The notes under the pieces: model-generated | Seen by the model: the letters and a program-made list of their open reading frames with translations, nothing else | The model's database searches: none | What the model was told of the DNA's origin: nothing | From: an uncultured Candidatus Saccharibacteria bacterium | GTDB taxonomy: Bacteria > Patescibacteriota > Minisyncoccia > Phycocordibacterales > Phycocordibacteraceae | Direction: 5' to 3' | Assembly: GCA_964434255.1 (NCBI GenBank) | Contig: CAYSUL010000002.1 | Coordinates: forward strand, 6,463-64,887 | DNA: 58,425 bases | Made by a program: the position numbers and the translations under genes | Shown here: positions 46,485 through 55,221 of the stretch, piece by piece | How the letters are laid out: every line of letters begins with the position of its first letter | Position numbering within the stretch: position 1 is the first letter of the stretch

Positions 46485-48245
46485 CTATAGATTGTCCTTG
46501 AAGATATCGCGTAGCACGTTCTCCGGAACTTCAAACGCGCCGGGCTTGGGCTCTTCAGGACGACGCTCGGGAGTCGGGCGAGGTTCCGGTGGCTTCGGCC
46601 TATCATTTCGCTGCGCCGGGCGTGGCTCCTTCTCAATGACTCCAGCGAGCGCGGACTTAAGGGACGTGTGCACTTGAGTTCCCTTCTCTTCCTTCGCCGA
46701 CTTGGCGTTCGCCATCGTGCTCCTGAGTATCGCCTTCAAATCCTCCGCGCTTTTGTTGCTTGAGGGAGGTGCACTACGGGTTTCTTCGCGCCTTGGTTCA
46801 GGTCTGGGGTCGCGGCGCGGCGCATCGCTTTGCGGGCGTGGAGCCGGTCGCATAGTAGACGGAACTGGGCGTGGTCTATCGCCTGCACTCGACTCCTTCG
46901 GCGGGTATTTAGGAGGATACTTCTTTGCAGGAGGCTCGGGCGGTTCCTCATTCGCCGTGAGGGTGAGCTCGCTGTATATGGCCTCTTCGATACCGGCGCG
47001 TGGGTTGCCGAAATGCATGCGTGACGCCTCGACGACCTCCGGACGGAAGGAGCGAGGCGGCTGGTCTATGGGCGGAATGGTCACCGCAGAGAACGGGCGG
47101 GAACCGATGCCGTCTATCATGAGCGACAGGTATATCTGCGCGAATCCGAGGTTCACGAGGTCCTCCGGAGTGAACTCAGGTGCAAACACAACCTCGAGCT
47201 TCTCCGCGTCGAACGGTCCGACACGGAACGCTATAGTCGTACCCACGTTACCGAACACTGCGGCAGCCACCTCCTCCTCCATCTGCTCCACGTACTGGTG
47301 CGCGATGATGAGGTTCAATTGGTACTTGCGGGCCTCGGAGAGTATCTCGGCGAACGTCTCGTTCGCGAAGTTCTGGAATTCGTCCACGTAGAAATAGAAC
47401 TTGGGGGCTTTCTTGAGCTCGTGGCCCGGAAGGTCAGCGCGGCTCATCGCTCCCAAGAAGAGGCGCGTCGTTATCATGGAGCCGAGCAGCTTCATGTTCG
47501 TATCTCCCACGAGCCCCTTCGAGAGATTAATGAGAAGGATTTTCCGTTGATCCATCATCTCGCGGATGTCGAAGGAGGACTTCGACTGCCCGATGATGTT
47601 GCGGATGAGCGGGTTGCTCGTGAACTGACCTATCTTGTTCTGAATTGCCGGCGTCGCCTCCTGCGTATAACGGTCGGTATAGGTGTTGAACTCCTTTATC
47701 CAGAAATCCTTCACGACCGGGTCTTTCACGTTATCGATGACCTTCTTCCTATACGCCTTGTCGGTATACATGCGGTTCACGCCGAGAAGGGTCGCCCCGG
47801 GGTATTCGAGGAGCGCAAGGAGGGTATTAGAAAGAATGTATTCCATGCGGGCGGACCACGCATCCACCCATATCTTCTTGAACGTCGCCATGAGACCCGA
47901 GACCACGAGGTGGCGCTTGTCGTACCCGACGTCCTCCATGACGTTGAATGCGATAGGCTGCTCGAGATCGAACGGGGCGAAATACACCACGTCCTTGATG
48001 CGGTTCTCCGGTATGAAATCCAGCAGCTTATCTATCGCGCTTCCGTGCGGATCGATGAAGGCCATGCCTTCCCCGTTCCGGATATCCTGGATGGCCATGT
48101 TCTCGAGCAGGGTCGACTTACCCATACCCGTCTTCCCGATGACGTACATATGGCGCTCCCTATCCTTAGCCTTGATACCGAAGGGCGTGCGCTTGCCGCG
48201 TGAATCGGTGGCGGCGAAATAGGTCACTCGTTCCGGATTCTCCAT
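46485..48245 (-). CDS. TraD/VirD4/TrwB-like (type IV coupling-protein-like) P-loop ATPase, soluble, with a low-complexity C-terminal tail
   Basis: 586 aa. It has Walker A VIGKTGMGKST, Walker B FYFYVDEFQNF and the LIIAHQY motif. No N-terminal TM helices. The last ~170 aa are Pro/Arg/Glu/Lys-rich. Confidence 0.7.
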   Translation of the reverse strand: MENPERVTYFAATDSRGKRTPFGIKAKDRERHMYVIGKTGMGKSTLLENMAIQDIRNGEGMAFIDPHGSAIDKLLDFIPENRIKDVVYFAPFDLEQPIAFNVMEDVGYDKRHLVVSGLMATFKKIWVDAWSARMEYILSNTLLALLEYPGATLLGVNRMYTDKAYRKKVIDNVKDPVVKDFWIKEFNTYTDRYTQEATPAIQNKIGQFTSNPLIRNIIGQSKSSFDIREMMDQRKILLINLSKGLVGDTNMKLLGSMITTRLFLGAMSRADLPGHELKKAPKFYFYVDEFQNFANETFAEILSEARKYQLNLIIAHQYVEQMEEEVAAAVFGNVGTTIAFRVGPFDAEKLEVVFAPEFTPEDLVNLGFAQIYLSLMIDGIGSRPFSAVTIPPIDQPPRSFRPEVVEASRMHFGNPRAGIEEAIYSELTLTANEEPPEPPAKKYPPKYPPKESSAGDRPRPVPSTMRPAPRPQSDAPRRDPRPEPRREETRSAPPSSNKSAEDLKAILRSTMANAKSAKEEKGTQVHTSLKSALAGVIEKEPRPAQRNDRPKPPEPRPTPERRPEEPKPGAFEVPENVLRDIFKDNL

Positions 48246-48253
48246 TTGCTTTT

Positions 48254-48259
48254 AGTATA
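48254..48259 (-). promoter_or_regulatory. -10 box TATACT (context CGGTATACT), 8 nt upstream of the ATG at 48245
   Basis: The minus strand reads cgGGTATACTaaaagcaaATG. It lies immediately downstream of the terminator at 48281-48310. No SD is present. Confidence 0.35.
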
Positions 48260-48280
48260 CCGCGAAGATATTGCTGGGGT

Positions 48281-48310
48281 TAAAAGAAAACGCCTGCACG
48301 GAGGCAGGCG
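48281..48310 (-). terminator. Intrinsic terminator after the 76-aa ORF
   Basis: The minus strand reads CGCCTGC-ctccgt-GCAGGCG followed by TTTTCTTTTA. Confidence 0.6.
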
Positions 48311-48325
48311 CTTCGATGAAAGTGC

Positions 48326-48556
48326 TTACGAAGGAACGAAGACCCCGCCGGCAGTCCAAGTCTCACCACAACTGAGGTAGCGGAGCCGCCGATACAGCTC
48401 CTTACGGATTGCGTCACGATCATCCGGCCTTGGGCGAGGATCTTCTTCGAGAGCCCTACGTTGCTCAGGGCTACAGTTCCTCACCGCTTCTTCGTACGCT
48501 GCAGTCACCTCCTGCAGGCTCATTTTTTGGATGGTTTCTTCTACCGAAAGGGTCAC
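48326..48556 (-). CDS. Hypothetical 76-aa protein (GTG start)
   Basis: It is preceded by AGGAGG 8 nt upstream of the GTG and followed by an intrinsic terminator. No family recognised. Confidence 0.5.
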   Translation of the reverse strand: MTLSVEETIQKMSLQEVTAAYEEAVRNCSPEQRRALEEDPRPRPDDRDAIRKELYRRLRYLSCGETWTAGGVFVPS

Positions 48557-48564
48557 TCTCTCAT

Positions 48565-48570
48565 CCTCCT
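48565..48570 (-). promoter_or_regulatory. Canonical Shine-Dalgarno AGGAGG
   Basis: The minus strand reads TAGGAGGatgagagaGTG. Confidence 0.6.
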
Positions 48571-48615
48571 ATCAGACGATTCCCCGGGCATAGTGCCACG
48601 AACCTCTATACATGG

Positions 48616-49698
48616 CTACTGGTACTGTATGAACATCGGTCGCGGCGTGAGCTTCAGCAGGTCAGCCGGCTGCAGCAGCCTATCGGACGGTGGCTTCATA
48701 TCGTTCTTATAGAAGATCTTGAACCCGGTGAACTGGACCGGCTCCGGCGCGATGAAGCTCTTGTACGTATTTATCTTCTTCGCTGGCGGTCCCCATCCGT
48801 CCATCACCATGATTATCTGCACCTCGGGTCGCGTCTCGATGAGAGCGTAGTCGGTGACCATGCGCTGCGTGAAGCGGTGTATCACCAGCACCTTGGGCGG
48901 CAGGTCGTGCTCCTGCACGAGGCGCGCGAGGTATGCGGACGCGCGATTAATATCACCTGCGGATACCGTCCCGATGACCGTACCAGGCTCTTCCCCTCCC
49001 TTCATATTGAATTCGGGATCTATGGCGAGATTACCGTTCGGCCTCGTGAGATACGTCTCGAGCGATTCTACTTCTGCCTGGAGCGGTGCGAGCCCGGCCT
49101 GCACCTCAAGTATCACGATGCCGTCTACTTGTCCGGCCATAGTGAACGCCTTTTCGATATGCTCGTCCGGCATGCGGAGACGGTAGTATCCCTTCGGGCC
49201 CGGGCTTTCCTGCGCGGTCATAGCGATGTAGTCGATGGCCATGACGACCGGGGTCTTTGGGTCCGCTGCTTCCCATTTCGCCTTCTCCCCCCTGAGACGC
49301 TGAAGAACGACGTCGGGTTCGAACTCGCCGAGTATGCCCATCTTCGTGGAATAGAAATTGCCATAGTAGGCGACGATGCGCTTCATGGGTAGTATGGCGC
49401 CCACCTTCGGGTACGCGGTCTGCACCGGCCACTTTCGTACGGTTGAGGTGGACGTAGTGGACGCATAGTTCGCCATCGCGAGAAGTCGCTCGTCATAGTG
49501 CGCGGTGTCGAGCTTAGCGGGCGCAGGCGGCAAGAACTTCGCCGCGAGCGAAGTGGTAGCGGAAGTTCCCTCTCTCGAATAGTTCGCATGCATCGCTATC
49601 GCGTACGGGATACCGTGCACCGTTACCGCGGTCACGATGAGACCGAGGCCGAGTATAGCCACTACAGGGCTACGAAAGAACCGTTTGAGATGCTTCAT
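48616..49698 (-). CDS. Exported or membrane-anchored hypothetical protein (360 aa)
   Basis: It has an N-terminal signal/anchor (RSPVVAILGLGLIVTAV). The rest is globular. No family confidently recognised. Confidence 0.65.
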   Translation of the reverse strand: MKHLKRFFRSPVVAILGLGLIVTAVTVHGIPYAIAMHANYSREGTSATTSLAAKFLPPAPAKLDTAHYDERLLAMANYASTTSTSTVRKWPVQTAYPKVGAILPMKRIVAYYGNFYSTKMGILGEFEPDVVLQRLRGEKAKWEAADPKTPVVMAIDYIAMTAQESPGPKGYYRLRMPDEHIEKAFTMAGQVDGIVILEVQAGLAPLQAEVESLETYLTRPNGNLAIDPEFNMKGGEEPGTVIGTVSAGDINRASAYLARLVQEHDLPPKVLVIHRFTQRMVTDYALIETRPEVQIIMVMDGWGPPAKKINTYKSFIAPEPVQFTGFKIFYKNDMKPPSDRLLQPADLLKLTPRPMFIQYQ

Positions 49699-49876
49699 GA
49701 GATAAAGATGCGCGTTCCGCTCGGCGCTTGCGACGGATGCGCAGCGTTACGCCTATCAATGCGACGAGGAGACCGAGGGCGAGATAGAACCACATGAGGA
49801 TAGAGAGCGGAAGCCCAGTGAACGGAGAGATCATGAGGAGCGTTCCTATGAAGATGAGCAGGCTTTCACGCGACAT
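49670..49876 (-). CDS. Small two-TM membrane protein (68 aa)
   Basis: Two hydrophobic helices are followed by RIRRKRRAER. It is preceded by the extended -10 box TGCTATACT, 7 nt from the ATG. Confidence 0.45.
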   Translation of the reverse strand: MSRESLLIFIGTLLMISPFTGLPLSILMWFYLALGLLVALIGVTLRIRRKRRAERASLSHEASQTVLS

Positions 49877-49883
49877 AGCCCCA

Positions 49884-49892
49884 AGTATAGCA
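49884..49892 (-). promoter_or_regulatory. Extended -10 box TGCTATACT, 7 nt upstream of the ATG at 49876
   Basis: The minus strand reads TGcTATACT-tggggct-ATG, within a 30-nt intergenic gap. Confidence 0.35.
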
Positions 49893-49906
49893 GTTCTCGT
49901 CTCGCC

Positions 49907-51073
49907 CTAGAATTCCTCTATCTTCGGGAGCGTATTGATGATGATGTCCTGCCTGAGCCCGCCGCAAATGAGCCGGTAGGTGCTCTGGAGAGTAAAGCCG
50001 TCTATTACCGCGCTATCGGAAACGCTGCAGGAGGATACGATGCTGGTCTTCACGACCTGGTCGTTCGCCATATTGCGGACAATGCAGGTAGGCGCTGAAA
50101 GATTCGACCCGCTCCAGCTGAGCGTAGTGGAGTCTCCCTGACGCACGCGCGAAGGGCTCGCGGTGATACTGATGGGGCCTGCTCCCGAACACTCTGCGGT
50201 ACTTACCGTAACGGTGACTGGTAGCGCATTCACGAGCCCAGAGGTCCCGTTGCACTGCAGGCCGTACGAAGAGGTGGTGTCGGGACTCACTAGCGCTGAC
50301 CCATCGGTCGCATCGTTCGTACTGAAACCAGCGCCTACGCACGCGTAGGTATTCGTCGAGGACCAGCTGAGGGTCGAGGTATCTCCCTGGGTGATTGCGG
50401 TCGGAGAAGCCGAGAGCGACGCGGTGGGGCTTGCAGGACACGAGGCGTCCGAAGGGACGTAGGCGGAGCAGGAGCCGCTGCATCCTATCGTCCCAGAATT
50501 CGTCATCCCGCAAGAATTAGCTGCTGAGGTGCATGCCGCGCCGTAGTTCGCAGGGAGCGCTGGAGCGCTCGCGGAGCAGGAGCCGTCGCACTGGACAGTA
50601 CCGGTGTTCGTGACGCCGCACGCGTTGGCAGTGGAGCATGACGTGCCGTAGCCTACCGGGTTGGCGGGCGCCGAGACGCTGCAGATACCATCCCCGCCCA
50701 CGGTACCCGTGTTCGAGGCGCCGCATGCATTCGTCATCGTGCAAGCGACCGGAGTGGTGCAACGCGCGTCCGTCTGACAGTACCCCCAATTGTCCGTGCT
50801 GCTCCATCCATTGGTCGAGCATGTCTTAGTGGTCGCGTTCACTTGGTAATATCCCATTTGGTTCGCCTCGCAGTCGACGAACACGGCCTCCCCTGCCATG
50901 CAGTTGAGGCCAGCGGGAATACTCGTGGCGCCGCAACCAGCTTCGGTGTACGGGCCGTTGTATTGAGCTGCGACATGCTCGGAGTACAGGATGCCGACTG
51001 CGACTATGGTGGCCGCGAGGATATAGACGCAAGCGAGAATGGTCCGTTTCGAAAGTGCGGGGATGTGGGTCAT
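49907..51073 (-). CDS. Cys-rich secreted or anchored repeat protein (three ~33-aa Cys repeats plus two Ig-like modules)
   Basis: It has an N-terminal anchor ILACVYILAATIVAVGIL. It has three copies of NACGxxNTGTVxCDGSCSxSAPAxPxxYGxxC and two modules starting ASPxxxxQGD(S/T)(S/T)TLSWS. Start set at the ATGA overlap (51070-51073). Confidence 0.7.
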   Translation of the reverse strand: MTHIPALSKRTILACVYILAATIVAVGILYSEHVAAQYNGPYTEAGCGATSIPAGLNCMAGEAVFVDCEANQMGYYQVNATTKTCSTNGWSSTDNWGYCQTDARCTTPVACTMTNACGASNTGTVGGDGICSVSAPANPVGYGTSCSTANACGVTNTGTVQCDGSCSASAPALPANYGAACTSAANSCGMTNSGTIGCSGSCSAYVPSDASCPASPTASLSASPTAITQGDTSTLSWSSTNTYACVGAGFSTNDATDGSALVSPDTTSSYGLQCNGTSGLVNALPVTVTVSTAECSGAGPISITASPSRVRQGDSTTLSWSGSNLSAPTCIVRNMANDQVVKTSIVSSCSVSDSAVIDGFTLQSTYRLICGGLRQDIIINTLPKIEEF

Positions 51074-52044
51074 GGGATGAATTGCAGTATCTTCCACCTT
51101 GAATCGAAGGTATAGATGCGCTTCGCTTTCGCTCCGTCGAACGAATAACGCCAGACCTCCGTCCCTTTTTCAGTAGAAGTCAGTATGTAGAGCGCTTCAT
51201 TACCGAGCCCGAGCCTGGTACCCGGACCAGTGTTCGAATAGGACGCTAGTTCCTTCAGAGCTCCATCCTTCAATCGAGTGATGATGACGGTAGTACCTGG
51301 GCCATCCATCCAGGCGAGGAGCGTACCGTCGGGCGATTGCACCGGCAGCGGATCCATGGCCGCGGCGGATGCATGCGCTCTCGCTATGGCGCCCGATCCT
51401 ATATCAGTAATCATGACGCCCTCGGATGAGAACCACAGCACATGGGAATCATCCGCGAAGTATGGAGAGTGGCCGACACCCAGCACCCGCTGAGCTTTCG
51501 TCGCTCGCTCGAATACGACGACCTGCGATGCCGCGGACCCAGGAAGGAGTTCGGCGAATGCAATTAGTTTCGTGCCCGGTGAAAGCGTTGCCGTCGTCTT
51601 CTTCGACACCGATGAGAGCGCTTGAGCACCATCGACGGAAAGAGCGGAAAAGCCATCAGGAAGGGTCACGATGGATACGAGGGAATTCCCTTCGAAGGCC
51701 GCGAATGTTTCAGGCGGCAATGCGCCCACAGCGTCCGTTACGTACGGGAGGAATTCCTTTCCGACGCGTTGATAGAGCATGCTCGTACTACCCGTAGCTG
51801 CGATGAAGCGCACGGATCCGAGTTCGGATGGGTATATGAAGCGACTGAGCGCGGAAGCGATGCTGTCGTGGAATGGTGGATAGAAATAGCCCGCGGCGGC
51901 AGCGAGTATAAGGAGAAGGCCCGCTACGACGCCGACCCAGACGCCTCGAGGAGTTCGTTTGGGCGTGGGTACTGGTTCGACCGAAGGAGCGACGGTCACC
52001 GGCTGTTGAGGGACCAGATCCATGCCTTTGATGATAGCATTCAT
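51070..52044 (-). CDS. Membrane-anchored hypothetical protein, possibly beta-propeller-like (TolB/WD40-like)
   Basis: A single TM segment (VWVGVVAGLLLILAAAAGYF) is followed by beta-rich repeats (SPDGTLLAW.., ..DGAL..). The fold assignment is weak. Confidence 0.55.
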   Translation of the reverse strand: MNAIIKGMDLVPQQPVTVAPSVEPVPTPKRTPRGVWVGVVAGLLLILAAAAGYFYPPFHDSIASALSRFIYPSELGSVRFIAATGSTSMLYQRVGKEFLPYVTDAVGALPPETFAAFEGNSLVSIVTLPDGFSALSVDGAQALSSVSKKTTATLSPGTKLIAFAELLPGSAASQVVVFERATKAQRVLGVGHSPYFADDSHVLWFSSEGVMITDIGSGAIARAHASAAAMDPLPVQSPDGTLLAWMDGPGTTVIITRLKDGALKELASYSNTGPGTRLGLGNEALYILTSTEKGTEVWRYSFDGAKAKRIYTFDSRWKILQFIP

Positions 52045-52071
52045 CAACCCTCAAGAACTGGGGAATACGGC

Positions 52072-52755
52072 CTAAACACTGACACAAACCACGAATTCGC
52101 CGCGAACCTGGTCCGAATGGTCCTTGAAATGAGCCGCCACCTCCTCCGGACTCCCTTCCACCAGGGATTCGTGTATCTTCGTGAGCTCCCGTAGGACGGT
52201 GACCTTCCGGTCTGGGCCAAGTACTTCAACGAGCGAGGCGAGCGCCTTCTCGATACGATGCGGGGATTCATAGAACACGACGGTGCGCTCCATGTCCGCT
52301 ATCTCCTTGAAAAGCGTCTGCCGTCCCTTCTTATGCGGAAGGAAGCCGAGGAATATGAACTCATCGGTCCGGATGCCGGCGATAGAAAGCGCGGCGGTGA
52401 GCGCGGAAGGCCCAGGAAGCGCCTCGATGATGACGTCATCCCCGAGCCGGTCACGTGCCTCCCTCACGAGAGCGCTCCCTGGATCAGATATGCCAGGAGT
52501 TCCGGCATCGGTCACGAGCGCGATATGCTTCCCCTCCCCGAGCAAGGTAAGGACGCGCGTCGCCGCGAGCTTCCCGCTCCGCGCGTGATACACGAGCAAC
52601 GGTTTCTGTATGTCGTAGCGGGAGAGCAGTTTCGCCGTCATGCGCGTATCCTCGCAGGCGATAGCATCCGCAGCCCGGAGCGTATCGAGCGCTCGGAGGG
52701 TGATATCTGCGAGATTCCCGATAGGGGTCGCGACTACCGAAAGGGTGCCTTTCAT
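52072..52755 (-). CDS. rsmI: 16S rRNA (cytidine1402-2'-O)-methyltransferase RsmI
   Basis: 227 aa. It has LSVVATPIGNLADITLRALDTLRAADAIACEDTR and GTPGISDPG. Confidence 0.9.
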   Translation of the reverse strand: MKGTLSVVATPIGNLADITLRALDTLRAADAIACEDTRMTAKLLSRYDIQKPLLVYHARSGKLAATRVLTLLGEGKHIALVTDAGTPGISDPGSALVREARDRLGDDVIIEALPGPSALTAALSIAGIRTDEFIFLGFLPHKKGRQTLFKEIADMERTVVFYESPHRIEKALASLVEVLGPDRKVTVLRELTKIHESLVEGSPEEVAAHFKDHSDQVRGEFVVCVSV

Positions 52756-52761
52756 AGCCTC

Positions 52762-52770
52762 ACTCTAGCA
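52762..52770 (-). promoter_or_regulatory. Extended -10 box TGCTAGAGT, 6 nt upstream of the rsmI ATG
   Basis: The minus strand reads TGcTAGAGT-gaggct-ATG. Confidence 0.35.
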
Positions 52771-52793
52771 AAGAATTCTGCGCACGCCCCGCA

Positions 52794-52822
52794 TTGACTC
52801 GACACCCCATACGGCGTATGGT
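52794..52822 (+). promoter_or_regulatory. Sigma70-like promoter TTGACT-17 nt-TATGGT for the plus-strand unit starting at 52858
   Basis: TTGACT is at 52794-52799 and TATGGT at 52817-52822, with a 17-nt spacer. An imperfect inverted repeat (caccccatac/gtatggtgtg) overlaps it. Confidence 0.3.
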
Positions 52823-52857
52823 GTGGTCTGACTTTTGTTCAGTACGGGAGAGAGATA

Positions 52858-53748
52858 ATGGTAACGAAAACCCTGCTCGATGGCGCCTTACGCTTCTCGA
52901 TACGGGCAGCGTCCGTCCCTTGGGAGGCAGTATGCATTCCAGAGACCGAGCAGTCCGGTAGCTGGTCCCTCAAGGACCTGTACTGCCAAGACGATACGAG
53001 CGGCAGTATAGCCGCAAGACTGCTCGCCGCCCGTCTCGGCGCAGTACTCGATGAATGCAATGTGGTGAAGGCGCGAGCTCCATCGGTCGCCCCTTCGAGC
53101 GGAAAAATCGTAGACCATCTCGAGCTGAAGGATGAAATCCTTCTTCCGCAACGTATTCGACTGTTTCGAAACCGCGAACTTCCGGCCGACGGCACGCTTC
53201 TTCGGAAACGAGGGGATGCTTTCGTAATGAGCGGCGGCGGCTGTCCGGTAATCGTCCTTACGGGCGACTCGGCCTGTGTTGTCGCGCATGCGAGCCGCGA
53301 ATCTCTCCTTCCGAAGGAATTCGAGGAAGACGGCAGACCGCACGAGGAGCACGAAAGCGTAGTGGAAGCTTCGATTCGAAAACTGCGAGAGCTCGAGCCG
53401 GGTCTCCCGTTAGATCGAGCGAGCCTTAGAGTCCTCTTTGGAATTACCCCTAAGCAGTTCAGGCACCCGGTGCACGATTCGCATCACGGCCCCAACAATC
53501 GGGGACGCCAACGATACCTCAGCAACAGGTACGGCGAAGAAGCCATGGCGAACTTCATTAGGGACCCGGAAGGTGAGGGCTATTTGGATCTCAATGCCCT
53601 AACCGTACACCAGGCGCGCGAGTGCGGGATCGAGAATGCAAAGACCGGAAGCGTGCTTCCTGCCCGAGGCGGTTTCGCCCACACCCGTCATCCGAATCCT
53701 TCGCTCGCGAAGGGCCGGAACCTGGTCGTCGTCCATCGTCTCGGTTGA
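52858..53748 (+). CDS. Possible YfiH/PgeF (DUF152, laccase-domain) family protein, divergent
   Basis: The block GGGCPVIVLTGDSACVVAHASRES resembles ADCxPV....aHAGWRG. The C-terminal FAHTRH..GRNLVVV resembles F.SYRR...GR. The first conserved His was not located. Confidence 0.4.
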   Translation: MVTKTLLDGALRFSIRAASVPWEAVCIPETEQSGSWSLKDLYCQDDTSGSIAARLLAARLGAVLDECNVVKARAPSVAPSSGKIVDHLELKDEILLPQRIRLFRNRELPADGTLLRKRGDAFVMSGGGCPVIVLTGDSACVVAHASRESLLPKEFEEDGRPHEEHESVVEASIRKLRELEPGLPLDRASLRVLFGITPKQFRHPVHDSHHGPNNRGRQRYLSNRYGEEAMANFIRDPEGEGYLDLNALTVHQARECGIENAKTGSVLPARGGFAHTRHPNPSLAKGRNLVVVHRLG

Positions 53749-53766
53749 TCTTCTCCAACTCGCAAG

Positions 53767-53799
53767 AGGCCGACCCTACGGGGCCGGCCTTCTTTTTTT
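53767..53799 (+). terminator. Intrinsic terminator
   Basis: aggccgaccc-tacg-gggccggcct (9 bp with one mismatch) followed by TCTTTTTTT. Confidence 0.65.
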
Positions 53800-53807
53800 G
53801 ATACTAT
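53799..53807 (+). promoter_or_regulatory. Extended -10 box TGATACTAT, 6 nt upstream of the ATG at 53814
   Basis: TGaTACTAT-agaccg-ATG. It overlaps the end of the terminator T-run. Confidence 0.35.
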
Positions 53808-53813
53808 AGACCG

Positions 53814-55220
53814 ATGCCCGACAAGAAGAACATCCATATCATCGGCCTCTGCGGCGTGGGAATGAGCGCTACCGGCCTTCTGCTTAAGGAGGCGGGATTC
53901 GAGGTGACGGGTTCGGACGCTGAGTGCTACGGCCCGCCAAAGGACATCCTCGACCGAGGCGGATTACAGCTCCGCATGCCCTACTCCCCCGATAACATCT
54001 CCCCGTACGTCGATCGGTTCGTTATCGGAAGGAACGCTAAGCTTTCCCCGGAAACGAATGCGGAGGTCCAGGCCGCGCACGCATCGGGCCGCCCTATCTC
54101 TTCGTTCCCCGAGATGCTCGGTGAACTGACCCGTGACCGCCAGAACGTCGTTGTTGCCGGCTCCTATGGGAAGTCCACCACCGCATCCATCATCGCGCAT
54201 GTCCTGCGGCACTCAGGAGTCGACGCGGGCTATTTCATCGGGGCGGAACCGGTGTCCCTCCCACTTCCGGCGGGCCTCGGTACACACCCGACATTCGTAC
54301 TCGAGGGCGACGAATACCCTTCCGCGCACGATGATGCGCGCGCGAAGTTCATGCACCTTCACCCACGCGATGTCGTACTCACCTCGGTCGTACATGATCA
54401 TGTGAACGTCTATCCTACGTTCGCGGACTATCAGAAACCGTTCCGCGAGCTTCTCGCACTTACCCCCGACGAGGGCATCGTGGTCGTCTGCGCTGACGAG
54501 CCAGGTGCGCTTGCGCTCGCGGAGGGGTCAGGCAAGACCCTCGTCACATACGGCATCGACCACGGGCAATTCCGTGCCACGAATATCCGCTTCGGCTCCG
54601 TTACCACCTTCACGCTCCTGCGCCCTGATGGCGGCGATATCGAGCTTTCGACGACGCTTCTGGGGCGCCACAATGTGGAGGATATCGTCGCTGCTGCGTC
54701 ATACGTCCTGACACGCGACCTGGTGTCGCCCGAAGCGCTCGCCACGAGCGTCGCTTCGTTCGGCGGCGTGCGTCGTCGTCTCGACAATATCGCTCCTGAC
54801 TCCCAAGTGCCGGTGTATGAGGGCTTCGGCTCCTCCTACGAGAAGGCGCGCTCGGCAATTGAAGCCATACGGCTCCACTTCCCCGCTCATCGCCTCGTCA
54901 CCATCTTCGAGCCGCACACCTTCGGATGGCGCAATCGTGCGAACCTCTCCTGGTATGACGATGTGTTCGCTGGAAGCGAGCTTGTCTTCGTCGCTCCGCC
55001 CGAGACCCAAGGCTCGGGGACCCATGATCAGCTTTCGCATGAGGAGATACTGCAGCGAATCGCGGCAACTGGCGTGCGGACGGAGACCTATGACCCGAAC
55101 AATGTGGAGCGAGCGGTAGCGGAGCTCGCCCCGGGCGATGTAGTGCTCGTACTGACGTCGGGAAGCCTTGAGGGATCGCTCGATGCTCTGCGGGAACGGA
55201 TAACGTCCCGCTTCTCCTGA
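53814..55220 (+). CDS. Mur ligase family enzyme, Mpl/MurC type
   Basis: 468 aa. It has IHIIGLCGVGMSATGLLLKEAGFEVTGSDAECYGPPKDIL (Mpl-like N-terminus), the P-loop VAGSYGKSTTASI and a central Mur ligase domain. Confidence 0.85.
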   Translation: MPDKKNIHIIGLCGVGMSATGLLLKEAGFEVTGSDAECYGPPKDILDRGGLQLRMPYSPDNISPYVDRFVIGRNAKLSPETNAEVQAAHASGRPISSFPEMLGELTRDRQNVVVAGSYGKSTTASIIAHVLRHSGVDAGYFIGAEPVSLPLPAGLGTHPTFVLEGDEYPSAHDDARAKFMHLHPRDVVLTSVVHDHVNVYPTFADYQKPFRELLALTPDEGIVVVCADEPGALALAEGSGKTLVTYGIDHGQFRATNIRFGSVTTFTLLRPDGGDIELSTTLLGRHNVEDIVAAASYVLTRDLVSPEALATSVASFGGVRRRLDNIAPDSQVPVYEGFGSSYEKARSAIEAIRLHFPAHRLVTIFEPHTFGWRNRANLSWYDDVFAGSELVFVAPPETQGSGTHDQLSHEEILQRIAATGVRTETYDPNNVERAVAELAPGDVVLVLTSGSLEGSLDALRERITSRFS

Positions 55221-55221
55221 T

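Noticed and set aside
47298-48203. 301-aa plus-strand ORF
   Set aside because: It is antisense to the P-loop ATPase gene, which has Walker A/B motifs.
48409-49392. 327-aa plus-strand ORF
   Set aside because: It is antisense to the exported 360-aa protein and the 76-aa ORF. It is Arg/His/Leu-rich, whereas the minus-strand product has a signal anchor and balanced composition.
50438-50743. Repetitive DNA that might be a CRISPR or other non-coding repeat array
   Set aside because: The repeats are in-frame protein repeats (Cys-rich motif), are imperfect at the DNA level and have no unique spacers. No cas genes are present.
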